DNA of 64,000 nucleotides from Rhodothermales bacterium (GTDB lineage Bacteria; Bacteroidota; Rhodothermia; Rhodothermales; Bin80): contig CBDBLZ010000021.1 in the NCBI GenBank assembly GCA_965207385.1, forward strand, positions 641,205 through 705,204, in the 5' to 3' direction. Both the position numbers and the translations under genes were made by a program. Within the stretch, counting starts at the first letter, position 1, and every line of letters begins with the position of its first letter. The notes beneath the pieces are model-generated. The model made no database searches and was not told the origin of the DNA. It saw only the letters and a list, made by a program, of their open reading frames with translations. Below, piece by piece: positions 11,001-22,675 of the stretch.

Positions 11001-11641
11001 TTGCTGTCCGCGTGGACGATCCCCGCGGTCGTGGAGGGTTTTGGGGTAGTGCGTATGACCTGTTCCTGCGCACGGGCGGCAGAGCGCATTCGCTTGCCGC
11101 CGAGTGGCACTTCAAAGTCGAGGAGGAATATGTCGGCGGCAAGAAGAGCGAGCTGGCTGCGCATACGCCGATTGCGGAGCACTTTGTCCGGCACCACCTG
11201 GACCGGCTCGATATCGCAGCAGAACGTGTTGGTCCGTCTGCCAACAACGAAACGATACATGAACTGACTCTTTCGGTTATTCCGGGCGCACTGCAGTATG
11301 ACCGCACCTTGCTTGAGATTCCCGCCGGAAGCCTTGCAAGGCTGACGCTTACCAATCCAGGGGATATGCCCCACAACGCCGTGTTTACGGCCCCCGGCAC
11401 CGCGGAAGCTGTCGGACTGAGGTCAGAAAGGGAGGCGGCCGTGGGAGTTTTCGTTCCTGATACGTCTGCCGTGCTGTTTGCCACTGGCATGGCAGACCCG
11501 GGGTCCGAGATTTCGGTAACGTTTCGATCGCCGTCCGCGCCCGGTGACTATCCGTTTCTCTGCACGTATCCGGGCCACTGGAGAGTGATGCAGGGAGTAC
11601 TGCGCGTGACGCGGAATGCGACGGGCCGCGAGGCTTCGTAG
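8069..11641 (+). CDS. Multidomain lipoprotein: ThuA-like + PVC-type membrane-bound dehydrogenase propeller + HEAT-like + galactose-binding-like + C-terminal cupredoxin domain
   Basis: Lipobox LVAC; ThuA region VEVLFLGHESTHHDAQTYASAVAASFAREGINISYSNDP...YDVLLLYANHDSI...; propeller region GFELTLFASEPLIRNPIAMAWDERGRLFVIETRDYP...GDAIKILHDTDADGRADSVTVFADGL; C-term LTNPGDMPHNAVFTAPG...YPFLCTYPGHWRVMQGVLRV (type-1 Cu-like His/Cys/His/Met ligands). Exact start uncertain. Confidence 0.85.
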   Translation: MTVRCDAPGHAATPAFGQANGRTGYAKVRSLLFQTSAASMLACALVACRPAPDTGPRKVEVLFLGHESTHHDAQTYASAVAASFAREGINISYSNDPSVLEPATLDLYDVLLLYANHDSITASQERALLDFVASGNGFVPVHSASYCFRNSDAFVRLVGAQFQEHGVGRFTAPILQADHPAMQGLKEFETWDETYVHTRHAPDRAVLMERVDGQHREPWTWTRTHGKGRVFYTAYGHDERTWNHPDFLNLLKAGLLWAAGDRVRARWEALDLPPLVYSPHDSIPNYEERDPPPRFQHPLSPEASRAHMQIPPGFELTLFASEPLIRNPIAMAWDERGRLFVIETRDYPHNLRSEGGDAIKILHDTDADGRADSVTVFADGLSIATGLAFAHDGLIVSQAPDMLFLQDTDGDDRADRREVLFSGFGTGDTHAGPSNLKAGFDNWTWGTVGYSDFEGVVGGDTVRMVQGVFRFRPGQLEQVSTYTNNTWGLGFSETFDVFGSTANNEHSVFVAIPDRYYAGVPGLLGDGKIKIDGHYAMRPNTPNIRQVDVWGGFTSAAGHNLYTARDFPDEYWNRIALVNEPTGHLLHRAIIESAGSGYRERDAWNLLASADEWVSPVHAEVGPDGAVWILDWYNFIVQHNPTPEGFRTGRGAAHVNILRDYQHGRIYRLAYRNARRRRIPELDIERPSTLLRALQHDNMFWRMTAQRLLVERGGLDVVPGLLEIASDAGLDAIGLNGGAAHALWTLQGLDAVRGEALRIVESALRHAAPGVRKAALAVLPRTDSSLSAIRRAGVLEDKNLNVRLAAFLAASEMPADRETGAVLYGQSTLPEVRTDVWLPEALYIAASRHWEGFVDAYAQDLGALAFTRMAARLASGYTETPTDWSAPDLETSEWGTMALPMPWVRTNALTSFDGAVWFRIEVHLPDAPAGATLGLGAIYDSDVTFVNGEQIGETLNGYDAARVYGIPPGLLQAGRNVVAVRVDDPRGRGGFWGSAYDLFLRTGGRAHSLAAEWHFKVEEEYVGGKKSELAAHTPIAEHFVRHHLDRLDIAAERVGPSANNETIHELTLSVIPGALQYDRTLLEIPAGSLARLTLTNPGDMPHNAVFTAPGTAEAVGLRSEREAAVGVFVPDTSAVLFATGMADPGSEISVTFRSPSAPGDYPFLCTYPGHWRVMQGVLRVTRNATGREAS

Positions 11642-12016
11642 CTCCGGGCGCTTGCTTTGATAGCGGCGTTTTGTGTCTATCCTCGGACATGACGTAGCCT
11701 CGATTATCGAGCCACGGCCACCATCAGGGCAATAGCTGTCACTATCAAGCCTACGCGTCAATTCCATCCGCTGCGTCGCCGATTCTTGGTCCGGGAACTT
11801 ATCCAGTAATCCCAATCAATTCACTGCCTGCACTCTCTGCCACATGAAATATGCTATCTGCGAGGGAAATATCAATAGACTTGCCACATAATCTCTACAG
11901 TGTTGTCACAAATCCTGTTCCCGTCGTCTTCAGTTGTACATCTCCAACGACTTCCCTATATTGAAAGCACAACATTTCTTCACCGATATTCGTTAACCAG
12001 CTAGATACAAGTGACC

Positions 12017-12298
12017 ATGAAGATCATAGCTATGAAGACCGTAGACAGGACGGTATTCTCGGCATTACTATTCGCAGGGCTGGCCATCCTGGCATTTGCG
12101 GGTGGTGGGCTTTTTAATGCAGCGTTTCTCTCACCCGCTGATACTCAAGCGGGTGACGATACTTGTGACCACGACGTTTGCAAAGAGATCACATACGCAG
12201 ATGACTCAGTGGAGTGGGTCTGCGGAGACGATGGGACATTTACTTGGGAAGATTGCAATGCCCAACACAATAAGGAATGCGACATGGATGACTGTTGA
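12017..12298 (+). CDS. Small exported peptide with six cysteines (cassette 1)
   Basis: MKIIAMKTVDRTVFSALLFAGLAILAFAGGGLFNAAFLSPADTQAGDDTCDHDVCKEITYADDSVEWVCGDDGTFTWEDCNAQHNKECDMDDC; hydrophobic leader then 6 Cys. A GTG at 12011 is an alternative start. Confidence 0.65.
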   Translation: MKIIAMKTVDRTVFSALLFAGLAILAFAGGGLFNAAFLSPADTQAGDDTCDHDVCKEITYADDSVEWVCGDDGTFTWEDCNAQHNKECDMDDC

Positions 12299-13052
12299 CA
12301 CTGGACCGGGATTCCTAGTATGCGGTTTAAGATGGCGCTCTGGCTCTGAAGATGAACTTCGTCTTGACCGCGAGAAGAAGGTCGCGCTCGGTGGATTCCA
12401 GGTCGACGATTAACGTTGAGGCTCCCCGATGGGGCATAGCAGTAGCCATTCGCTGCCCGACTCCGCCGGAGCTCAATGGATTGGATGTGTCCATGGTGAG
12501 AAGGGGTTTGATGATGAACAAATTAGGCTGGACTACTTGACCAGTTCCGCTGCTAGAACCCCGCTGCGGCTACACTTCTAATGTACAACCGTATCTCACT
12601 TTTTGTTGGCACGGAGGGCAGGACATACCAGCCCGCCATTGTAGTCAATGGACCAGAGGTCACGGTTCAAGCGCGAATTCGTAATTCGATTGTGCAAGAG
12701 ATTTCCCGTCTGTGCTTCGATGTGTCGTCGCGGGCGGTGCTACTAAAACGAAATGGTCGAGCGCCGGTAGTGCAGCCTCACCCGCGAAAAGGTCCGCTAA
12801 TGCGAGTACGTGCCGTTGCCCGAGGCCCCGAAGTGCCTTCACTCGCCCCCATCGACGCCACAAATAGCTCAAGAATTGCGGTCCGGCCACCGTTTATTGT
12901 GAGCTGGACGGAATCCCTTTGGCCAAATCCGAAGTCACCACTACAACGCATTACTCACAGGGTTCGCCATGTCCCACGCTTACCGAGGTAAGACTGCCCC
13001 GAATCCGCCGGCGCACTGTCCCGCCGAATGGGTACATCCTAATAGTTAAACC

Positions 13053-14198
13053 ATGATTTCCTGGAAGCTACGCATCATAATTCTTTGTGCCGTTATCGGG
13101 CTACTTTTGGTTGTTGCCCTTCTCGCGAATATCGTAGGTGATAGAATCGGCGGGGCGACTAATCCTGTCGGAGAAGTACGCCATCCTACTCCCGAGAACA
13201 TACCCTCGGTAACCGATGCACGCCGCGTAGCAGGCCATGGGCCCGCTACCGGCGATGGTAGTCATGCCTTCTTGGATTCAACGTCCTACAGCGAGCTAAC
13301 TATTGGTGTAGCAGAGGGATCGGCGCACGAAATGTTCGGCCTGATTGAAGATGTCGTCATCGACTATAGTGGCAACATTTTTATTTTGGATTCTCAGTAT
13401 AACCAGGTGCGAGTATTCGACTATGATGGCTCCTTCATTAGCACGATCGGTGCTCCTGGACAAGGACCGGGTGAATTCCTTTCTGCACGAAATGTGTTGA
13501 TTTCCTCTCTAGGGAACATTGTTGCGGTTATGAGTGGCCCGAAGATCGAGATGTTTGAACGACAGGGTCCGACTTCTTTCGCATACCGCTCTACTTTCTC
13601 CAGAGAAGGTTACCTTGGGCCCGGCGGATGCGCAATGAACAACCATTTGTATCTATTGGCCGTAGTTCCCAATAGGGACGGTATGATACATAAACATACG
13701 CTCGACGGCGAAATAGCCCGTTCTTTTGGAGCGCTATACAATTCTGACAACGAACAAGTTGTCAGACATATGTCGACGAAAGCTCGACTAGCGTGTAGTG
13801 AGAAGTATAGTATTGTAAGCTTCCTTATGGACTTTTCGCCGGTTCTTACCGGCTATCGCGAAGACGGTACGGTGGCTTGGCATGTGTCATTCGAGGGTTT
13901 TCTGGCATCGGCCGTTTGGGAAAGAAGAACTCCGGAAGGCCGGAATCGTATCTCGTATAGCGCAAATGAGGTCGGGGAAGCGTTCTACACGCATATGTTT
14001 TTTCATCATGATCACTTTTACGTCGGTTACAGAGTACGAGGTGATGGCACAGGACAGCACTTCAGAATTCACGCAGAAAGTGGGTATACGGAGTACTTGG
14101 GAACTCTCGACGCAGCAGTCTATGGTATCGACGGAGAGCGTGTAATAGTGGCCAGGAATTTTCCGTTCCCGAGAGTCAAGGTGTTCACTAGGCGATAG
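13053..14198 (+). CDS. Membrane-anchored/exported 6-bladed beta-propeller-like (NHL-like) protein (cassette 1)
   Basis: N-terminal TM IIILCAVIGLLLVVALLANIVG; blade repeats such as EDVVIDYSGNIFILDSQYNQVRVFDYDGSFISTIGAPGQGPGEFLSARNVLI. Confidence 0.8.
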   Translation: MISWKLRIIILCAVIGLLLVVALLANIVGDRIGGATNPVGEVRHPTPENIPSVTDARRVAGHGPATGDGSHAFLDSTSYSELTIGVAEGSAHEMFGLIEDVVIDYSGNIFILDSQYNQVRVFDYDGSFISTIGAPGQGPGEFLSARNVLISSLGNIVAVMSGPKIEMFERQGPTSFAYRSTFSREGYLGPGGCAMNNHLYLLAVVPNRDGMIHKHTLDGEIARSFGALYNSDNEQVVRHMSTKARLACSEKYSIVSFLMDFSPVLTGYREDGTVAWHVSFEGFLASAVWERRTPEGRNRISYSANEVGEAFYTHMFFHHDHFYVGYRVRGDGTGQHFRIHAESGYTEYLGTLDAAVYGIDGERVIVARNFPFPRVKVFTRR

Positions 14199-14206
14199 AC
14201 GCTCAC

Positions 14207-14812
14207 GTGAAGGTACTTGAAGTCAAGTGGATACGGTGGGGAGGCGCTGGTATAGTGGCGTCGTGTTTTTGGCTCGGGGCCGTGGTGGGAATTCCGATTT
14301 CGTCAGTGGAAATTCATTGGAGAGTAAAAGACTCTCAGCCTGGGGAAAGGTATGTGCCCTCACATTCTGTGGTTAGCGGGCGGGAAATGGTGATGGTTTA
14401 TCTTGGCGCGTATTCTTGTGCGTTCGCAAATGACGAGGCGTTGCCTCGGATTGTTGAGAGGATTAAGCTTGGTTTGCAGGACAAGGCTGTGAACGAGGGT
14501 ATGTCATTTTCAGCTATTGGAGTGGCGGTGGATTGGCGCGTTGGTGAGGGAGTTGAACACTTGGAAAAATTTGGACAGTTTGATGAGATCTTGGCTGGGC
14601 GCAAATGGCACGGAGTCGGCTCTCTGCAGTTCTTCAAGGAACGGTTAGCGGGAGTAGCGGCGACGCCGCAAGTCTTGGTGTTTAAGCGGGATATAGAGGC
14701 GGAAGAGGGTGCATTTCGAGTGTCGAACGAACGCGTGCTTGTCCGAAAGATGGGCGTGTTAGGCATAGGCAATTGGCTTGAACGCGGGTTGCCTTTGCCT
14801 GAGAACTTATAG
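14207..14812 (+). CDS. Membrane-anchored protein, possible degenerate thioredoxin fold (cassette 1)
   Basis: GTG start 9 bp after propeller stop; N-terminal TM WGGAGIVASCFWLGAVVGIPI; then EMVMVYLGAYSCAFANDEALPRIVERIKLGLQ... with the strand-Cys-helix arrangement of thioredoxins but CAFA instead of CxxC. Confidence 0.55.
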   Translation: MKVLEVKWIRWGGAGIVASCFWLGAVVGIPISSVEIHWRVKDSQPGERYVPSHSVVSGREMVMVYLGAYSCAFANDEALPRIVERIKLGLQDKAVNEGMSFSAIGVAVDWRVGEGVEHLEKFGQFDEILAGRKWHGVGSLQFFKERLAGVAATPQVLVFKRDIEAEEGAFRVSNERVLVRKMGVLGIGNWLERGLPLPENL

Positions 14813-15091
14813 AGCAGGTTGAGCTGGAATGGCGGTGGCACTGCGCGCATAGCGCCAGCAAATCAAACGAGCAGAAACAGCCCAAATCTAGAATATGTGT
14901 AGGTAGACTTGGACATCTATCTCCGCATGTACGCGCTTGAAGGCATGGACTTTTGCGGCATGCCAATATTCAGCGAGGGGTTTAAGGGATCTCTTGGGGC
15001 GCTCAGACCCGACCGCCTCCATCCGTGACTTTGAACGGATCGCCGGCGGCAGGCAGACAGTTCGCGCGGCTAAGCCGCCCATAAAAGCGTG

Positions 15092-16531
15092 CTACGCGAT
15101 AATTCCCTTCACCACAAAAGCCTCCTCTACCCCTGTTAGCTTTTGGTCCAGTCCCCGAAACTTGACAGTGAGTCGCTCATGGTCGATGCCTAGCTGATGC
15201 AGAATTGTGGCGTTCAGGTCGCGGATGTGTACGGGATCCTCGAGTATGTTATAGGCGAAGTCATCGGTTAGTCCATACTCGATCCCCGGCTTTATGCCGC
15301 CGCCCGCAAGCCACAGCGTGAAGCAGCGACCATGGTGATCGCGGCCGGCGCTTGGATGTCCCAGCTCACCCTGGCTGTATATGGTACGACCGAATTCCCC
15401 TCCCCAGATGACGAGCGTCTCCTCCAGCAAACCGCGTCGCTTCAAGTCCTTGACCAGGGCAGCCGATGCCTGATCCACATCCAGGCACTGCGAAGGCAAT
15501 TGCTGCCTGAGCGCGATGTGCTGGTCCCATCCCCGATGGAAGAGTTGCACGAATCGCACGCCCCTTTCCGTCATTCGCCGCGCGAGCAGGCAATTTGCGC
15601 TGTAACTGCCAGGCTTGCGGGAGTCCGGGCCATAGAGTTCGAATACTTCCTCCGGCTCATCAGACAAATCCATCAGATCCGGAACCGCAGTCTGCATGCG
15701 GAAGGCCATTTCATAGGCTTCGACCCGGGCAAGGGTCTCGGGATCACCCACCGCTTCGGCTTCGCGGCGGTTGAGAACGGCCAGATCGTCCAGCATGCGC
15801 CTTCTTTGCGCACGAGTCACGCCCGGTGGATCGGAGAGGTAAAGCACCGGGTTCACCCCCGGTCGCAGTAGCACGCCCTGATGGCTACTGGGCAGGTACC
15901 CGCTGCCCCAAAGCCGCGCATAAATGGGCTGTCCGGGATTTTTCCCGGATCCTTGGGACAGCAGAACCATGTAGGCGGGGAGGTTCTCGTTTTCGCTGCC
16001 AAGTCCATAGCTCAGCCAGGCACCTAGGCTGGCATGTCCGATTTGCTGTGATCCGGTGTTAATGAACGTGATGGCAGGATCATGATTGATGGCCTCCGTA
16101 TGCATCGACTTGATGATGCAAATGTCATTTGCAATAGACTGAATATGTGGCAGCAGGTCGCTTATCCATGTGCCGTGGTGGCCGCAGCGGCGCATGGGCC
16201 ACATGGGAGATACTACCGGGAAGGAATTCTGCCGTGAGGTCATGCCGGTAAGCCGTTGGCCACCGCGTATGGAGTCCGGCAACTCAGTGGAATGCAAATC
16301 TGTCTGGGCGGGCTTGTAGTCGAAGAGGTCGACGTGCGAAGGACCACCTGACTGGAAGAGGTAGATTACCCGCTTTGCTTTTGGCAGAAAGTGAAGCGGG
16401 CTGCGCCCGCCGGTCCCCGTCAGATCCGGGAACAACAGGCTGGCCAGGCCGAGCCGCCCGATTCCCCTTGCTGTCTTGCCAAGGAAAGTACGGCGTGTGA
16501 TAGCACGTTCGAAATCGAGGACCGGATGCAT
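15092..16531 (-). CDS. DUF1501 domain protein (sulfatase-like, Tat-type leader)
   Basis: [24 protein letters not shown]...[24 protein letters not shown]...[34 protein letters not shown]...[16 protein letters not shown]...[21 protein letters not shown]; DUF1501 signatures. Confidence 0.92.
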   Translation of the reverse strand: MHPVLDFERAITRRTFLGKTARGIGRLGLASLLFPDLTGTGGRSPLHFLPKAKRVIYLFQSGGPSHVDLFDYKPAQTDLHSTELPDSIRGGQRLTGMTSRQNSFPVVSPMWPMRRCGHHGTWISDLLPHIQSIANDICIIKSMHTEAINHDPAITFINTGSQQIGHASLGAWLSYGLGSENENLPAYMVLLSQGSGKNPGQPIYARLWGSGYLPSSHQGVLLRPGVNPVLYLSDPPGVTRAQRRRMLDDLAVLNRREAEAVGDPETLARVEAYEMAFRMQTAVPDLMDLSDEPEEVFELYGPDSRKPGSYSANCLLARRMTERGVRFVQLFHRGWDQHIALRQQLPSQCLDVDQASAALVKDLKRRGLLEETLVIWGGEFGRTIYSQGELGHPSAGRDHHGRCFTLWLAGGGIKPGIEYGLTDDFAYNILEDPVHIRDLNATILHQLGIDHERLTVKFRGLDQKLTGVEEAFVVKGIIA

Positions 16532-16532
16532 G

Positions 16533-19625
<3,093 letters not shown>

Positions 19626-20583
19626 GTAGCTTGGCCGCTTTGACGTGATCGATTCCAGCTCCAACTCCAGCATACAAGGTAGAGGATAAGCCAATTACGA
19701 ACTCGCCCAAGTCGAATGCCTGAGATGAACCCAACCGCTACTTCCACTATCGTAGACAACTTGGAATCGATTGGCACGATTAAGCAGACTTGGCCTTAGG
19801 ACCGCAGTGGATGTCACGGCGTGGCCTTGGCGAAGAGGTCCCTTGAACAGCCGTAAGAAGATTGGCAGTAGCAAATTGGCCGGCACGATAGCTCACTTGA
19901 TAGTTCGCGGCCATAGGCGCGGGACGGGGGCCCACCAATCTTATTGGCAGATGCGGGACCAACAAACCACCGTGGCAACCGCGGACCCAAGGCGCGCTGT
20001 GGGCCCTTAGGATCACTGTGTCCGCGGCGATCGCCAGACTGACACGGGATTCACGGAGTGGCACACGGAAAAAGGACCGGTGGAACTAGGGTTGGGACGG
20101 ACGAGCGGATAGACCAGATTAAACTCGGTAGAAGGTTAGGATTCGATCCGACTGGAAGCCTTGTCGGTGCTGCAGCACAGTGCAACCGGCATCCCGCAAG
20201 GGGCTGGCGGGCCAATAGGGTAGTAGATGGCACCGTACTACCGAAGCCATTGGGTAATGCCTACCGAGGAAAGCAGCCTTGAGCTGAGCGCTGTGTGGAC
20301 GGACGTAAATCGATGTCCGGGACGTAAGCGGTACTGTAATCGCTATACTTTACCAGATCTAAAATGTCCATTTATGGTTCTCCGAGTAGTCCAATAATGG
20401 CGTGCCCTCTCTAAGGGCCCGTCCCGGCTGCTGCCAACCATATCGACGTGGCCTCGAACGATTCCCGTCAGCCTACGTCTTCATCCATTCTTAACTCGCA
20501 AGCACTCGAACATTACTTGTCGCCCATTATGACATTCTCTCTACTTCGTCCGCTACTTACTCGTACATGTCAACTAAATCTCT

Positions 20584-20862
20584 ATGACCATGCATGCCCA
20601 TAGCCGTTCAATCAGTCGGACCTTTCTCGCTCTAGCGTCGGCCGCTACTTTCATTGTGCTGGCCCTTTCATTTCCCGACGGCCAAGTAGCGCAAGCGAGA
20701 GACCCAGTGTGCAATGGAACTTGCGGCGCGCATTGCGATCTAGGCCCGGATTACTACTGCCACACGCTCTATTGTTGCGATAGGAGCCAACTTCCGTGCT
20801 CCGAAGGAGATGTGGAACCCTTCACCTGCTATGGCGACACCGACATTATGGTCACGCCCTAA
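20584..20862 (+). CDS. Small exported peptide A with eight cysteines (cassette 2)
   Basis: MTMHAHSRSISRTFLALASAATFIVLALSFPDGQVAQARDPVCNGTCGAHCDLGPDYYCHTLYCCDRSQLPCSEGDVEPFTCYGDTDIMVTP; signal-like leader, possible AQA cleavage, 8 Cys. Confidence 0.7.
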   Translation: MTMHAHSRSISRTFLALASAATFIVLALSFPDGQVAQARDPVCNGTCGAHCDLGPDYYCHTLYCCDRSQLPCSEGDVEPFTCYGDTDIMVTP

Positions 20863-20883
20863 CACTAAACAAACGGTGCCTTC

Positions 20884-21153
20884 ATGATCAAGAAAAGGAT
20901 TTCTCGCTTACTCGTGTCGGTCCTCCTGACAGGGCTATTCTTAAGTCTAACGTTGGCTTCCTCTACCGCAGGCAAAGTCCCAGTCCCTGACTGCGGAGCT
21001 GATGCGATGCGCCGTTGTATCGCAGCAGGATGCGGGGGCGATGAGGTGGTGCTATGCGGTTCCACGACGTGTCTGGAATGTGTCGATTTTGCGGGTCTTT
21101 TTAATTTGGGTTGCTGGCTCAAGGACTTCTACTGTTACGGGGACTATCCATGA
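20884..21153 (+). CDS. Small exported peptide B with eight cysteines (cassette 2)
   Basis: MIKKRISRLLVSVLLTGLFLSLTLASSTAGKVPVPDCGADAMRRCIAAGCGGDEVVLCGSTTCLECVDFAGLFNLGCWLKDFYCYGDYP; classical signal peptide, 8 Cys; TGA overlaps the ATG of the propeller gene. Confidence 0.8.
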   Translation: MIKKRISRLLVSVLLTGLFLSLTLASSTAGKVPVPDCGADAMRRCIAAGCGGDEVVLCGSTTCLECVDFAGLFNLGCWLKDFYCYGDYP

Positions 21154-22166
21154 TCCGAACTCTGTCCTTCTTCTTGTGCCTGTCTTTGGTGTCGTGCCGC
21201 GCCACGCCAGCGGGACAAGATGGTACACGGCTCTTTGCCAAATTGTTGCTGTCGCCGGTCACGGAACAAGAAGCACAAGAACGGGAGTGGCGCGATGTTT
21301 CTCTCCGCCAGGTATTCAGCTTGCCAAGGTCACCGGATGTGTTGCTGTTTAACCCGGGAGAGATTACAGTTGATGCCGCAGGAAATATTTTCGTGACAGA
21401 TCACGCTGTGTTCAAGGTCTTGGCTTTTGATCAGGACGGCCACTATATCAGATCGTATGGAGAGGGAGAAGGAGAAGGGCCTGGTGAGTTGAGATCCGTA
21501 ATGAATACTGGATTAATCGGCGACACCACGCTTTTTGCCGTAGACTACGCTTCTAGGAAGATCTCATACTTCTCCAAAGATTCAGGAGCCTTTATTGAAT
21601 CTCGTACGATCACCGGAGTGCCCATTAGGCACACTGTTAGTACCGAAGGTGTCGCGTATACGCTGGTCGGTCGTACCGACTCGCTATTCCGATCCGAGAG
21701 TGGATCAGATGTGATCCAGTTCGGGGAATTGGTTGAGAATCAAATCTCACATGGCTTTAACCTGGCCTTAGGGTATATCGATACATACCGGGACAAGATG
21801 TTGCTCAGCCTAACCTACTTCCCAGTAATTGCGCAATACGAATCAGATGGGTCCCTCGTGTATGCGCGCACAACTCCGGACTATTTCGCGCAGTTTGACG
21901 AGCCGGAATGGGTGCGCACCGACTTTGCGGGAGCCATCGGTTTTCGTATTCAGGGCCAGGCGATTAACACTAGAAGCAGCGTGTACAACGATCAGCTTTT
22001 TGTGCATTCACGGAAAGCAGGTGCTATTGACGTGTTCGATGCCGAGACGGGTGACTACGGTTACTCCTTCCGGCTTCCACGAGATAGGAGTGCAGCGTAT
22101 GTTATGAACAATCGTCTGTATCAAGCGGAAGATACAACCGTAGTTGTATACTCATTTAGCTTGTAA
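21150..22166 (+). CDS. Exported (probable lipoprotein) 6-bladed beta-propeller-like protein (cassette 2)
   Basis: MIRTLSFFLCLSLVSCRATPAG (lipobox-like LVSC); GEITVDAAGNIFVTDHAVFKVLAFDQDGHYIRSYGEGEGEGPGELRSVMN; same GNIFxxD...GxGPGE pattern as the 13053..14198 product. Confidence 0.82.
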   Translation: MIRTLSFFLCLSLVSCRATPAGQDGTRLFAKLLLSPVTEQEAQEREWRDVSLRQVFSLPRSPDVLLFNPGEITVDAAGNIFVTDHAVFKVLAFDQDGHYIRSYGEGEGEGPGELRSVMNTGLIGDTTLFAVDYASRKISYFSKDSGAFIESRTITGVPIRHTVSTEGVAYTLVGRTDSLFRSESGSDVIQFGELVENQISHGFNLALGYIDTYRDKMLLSLTYFPVIAQYESDGSLVYARTTPDYFAQFDEPEWVRTDFAGAIGFRIQGQAINTRSSVYNDQLFVHSRKAGAIDVFDAETGDYGYSFRLPRDRSAAYVMNNRLYQAEDTTVVVYSFSL

Positions 22167-22168
22167 CG

Positions 22169-22675
22169 GTGAGTAGACCCGCATCTCGGACGCCGTTGAT
22201 AATGGAATGGGTCAGTTACGCTGTCCTATTGGTTACCATTGTCATGTTCGCTTGGACGGTTTTCGGACCGCCAGAACCCACACCGTATGTCGACGTTGGC
22301 GATAGCATTCAGGCCGTGAAAGGTATGGAAGGGGAGTGGCCGGGCGAAAGCCTGTTGTTGGTTTTGTCCCCGACGTGTTCTTTCTGCACGGGAAGCCTGC
22401 CGTTCTATAAGCAGTTGGTGGATCAGAGAGAGAGGGAGGTGAACATAATTGTTGCTATAGATACCAGTGCGTCTGCAACTTTGCAGCGGCGTCTACTCGG
22501 GCAAGCAGGGGTAGCTCCGGATACGACGATCGTAATTCCTACGGTAGACGATAGGGTTGTGTATGTCCCAACAATTATTCACGTAGATCAAGGAGCGATG
22601 GCAAAGAGAGTGTGGGTTGGCCAGTTGAATGGCGAACAGGAAGAAGAAGTACTGTCGATTGTACGAATGAAGTAG
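22169..22675 (+). CDS. Membrane-anchored thioredoxin-fold protein with CxxC motif (cassette 2)
   Basis: GTG start 2 bp after propeller stop (alternative ATG 22202); TM MEWVSYAVLLVTIVMFAWTVF; GESLLLVLSPTCSFCTGSLPFYKQLVDQREREVNIIVAID...VVYVPTIIHVD, typical Trx strand-CxxC-helix and cis-Pro region (VPT). Confidence 0.8.
   Translation: MSRPASRTPLIMEWVSYAVLLVTIVMFAWTVFGPPEPTPYVDVGDSIQAVKGMEGEWPGESLLLVLSPTCSFCTGSLPFYKQLVDQREREVNIIVAIDTSASATLQRRLLGQAGVAPDTTIVIPTVDDRVVYVPTIIHVDQGAMAKRVWVGQLNGEQEEEVLSIVRMK

Noticed and set aside
12581-12991. 136-aa ORF in the cassette 1 gap
   Set aside because: Composition atypical, no signal peptide or domain; minus strand equally open. Retained only as part of the unexplained gap.
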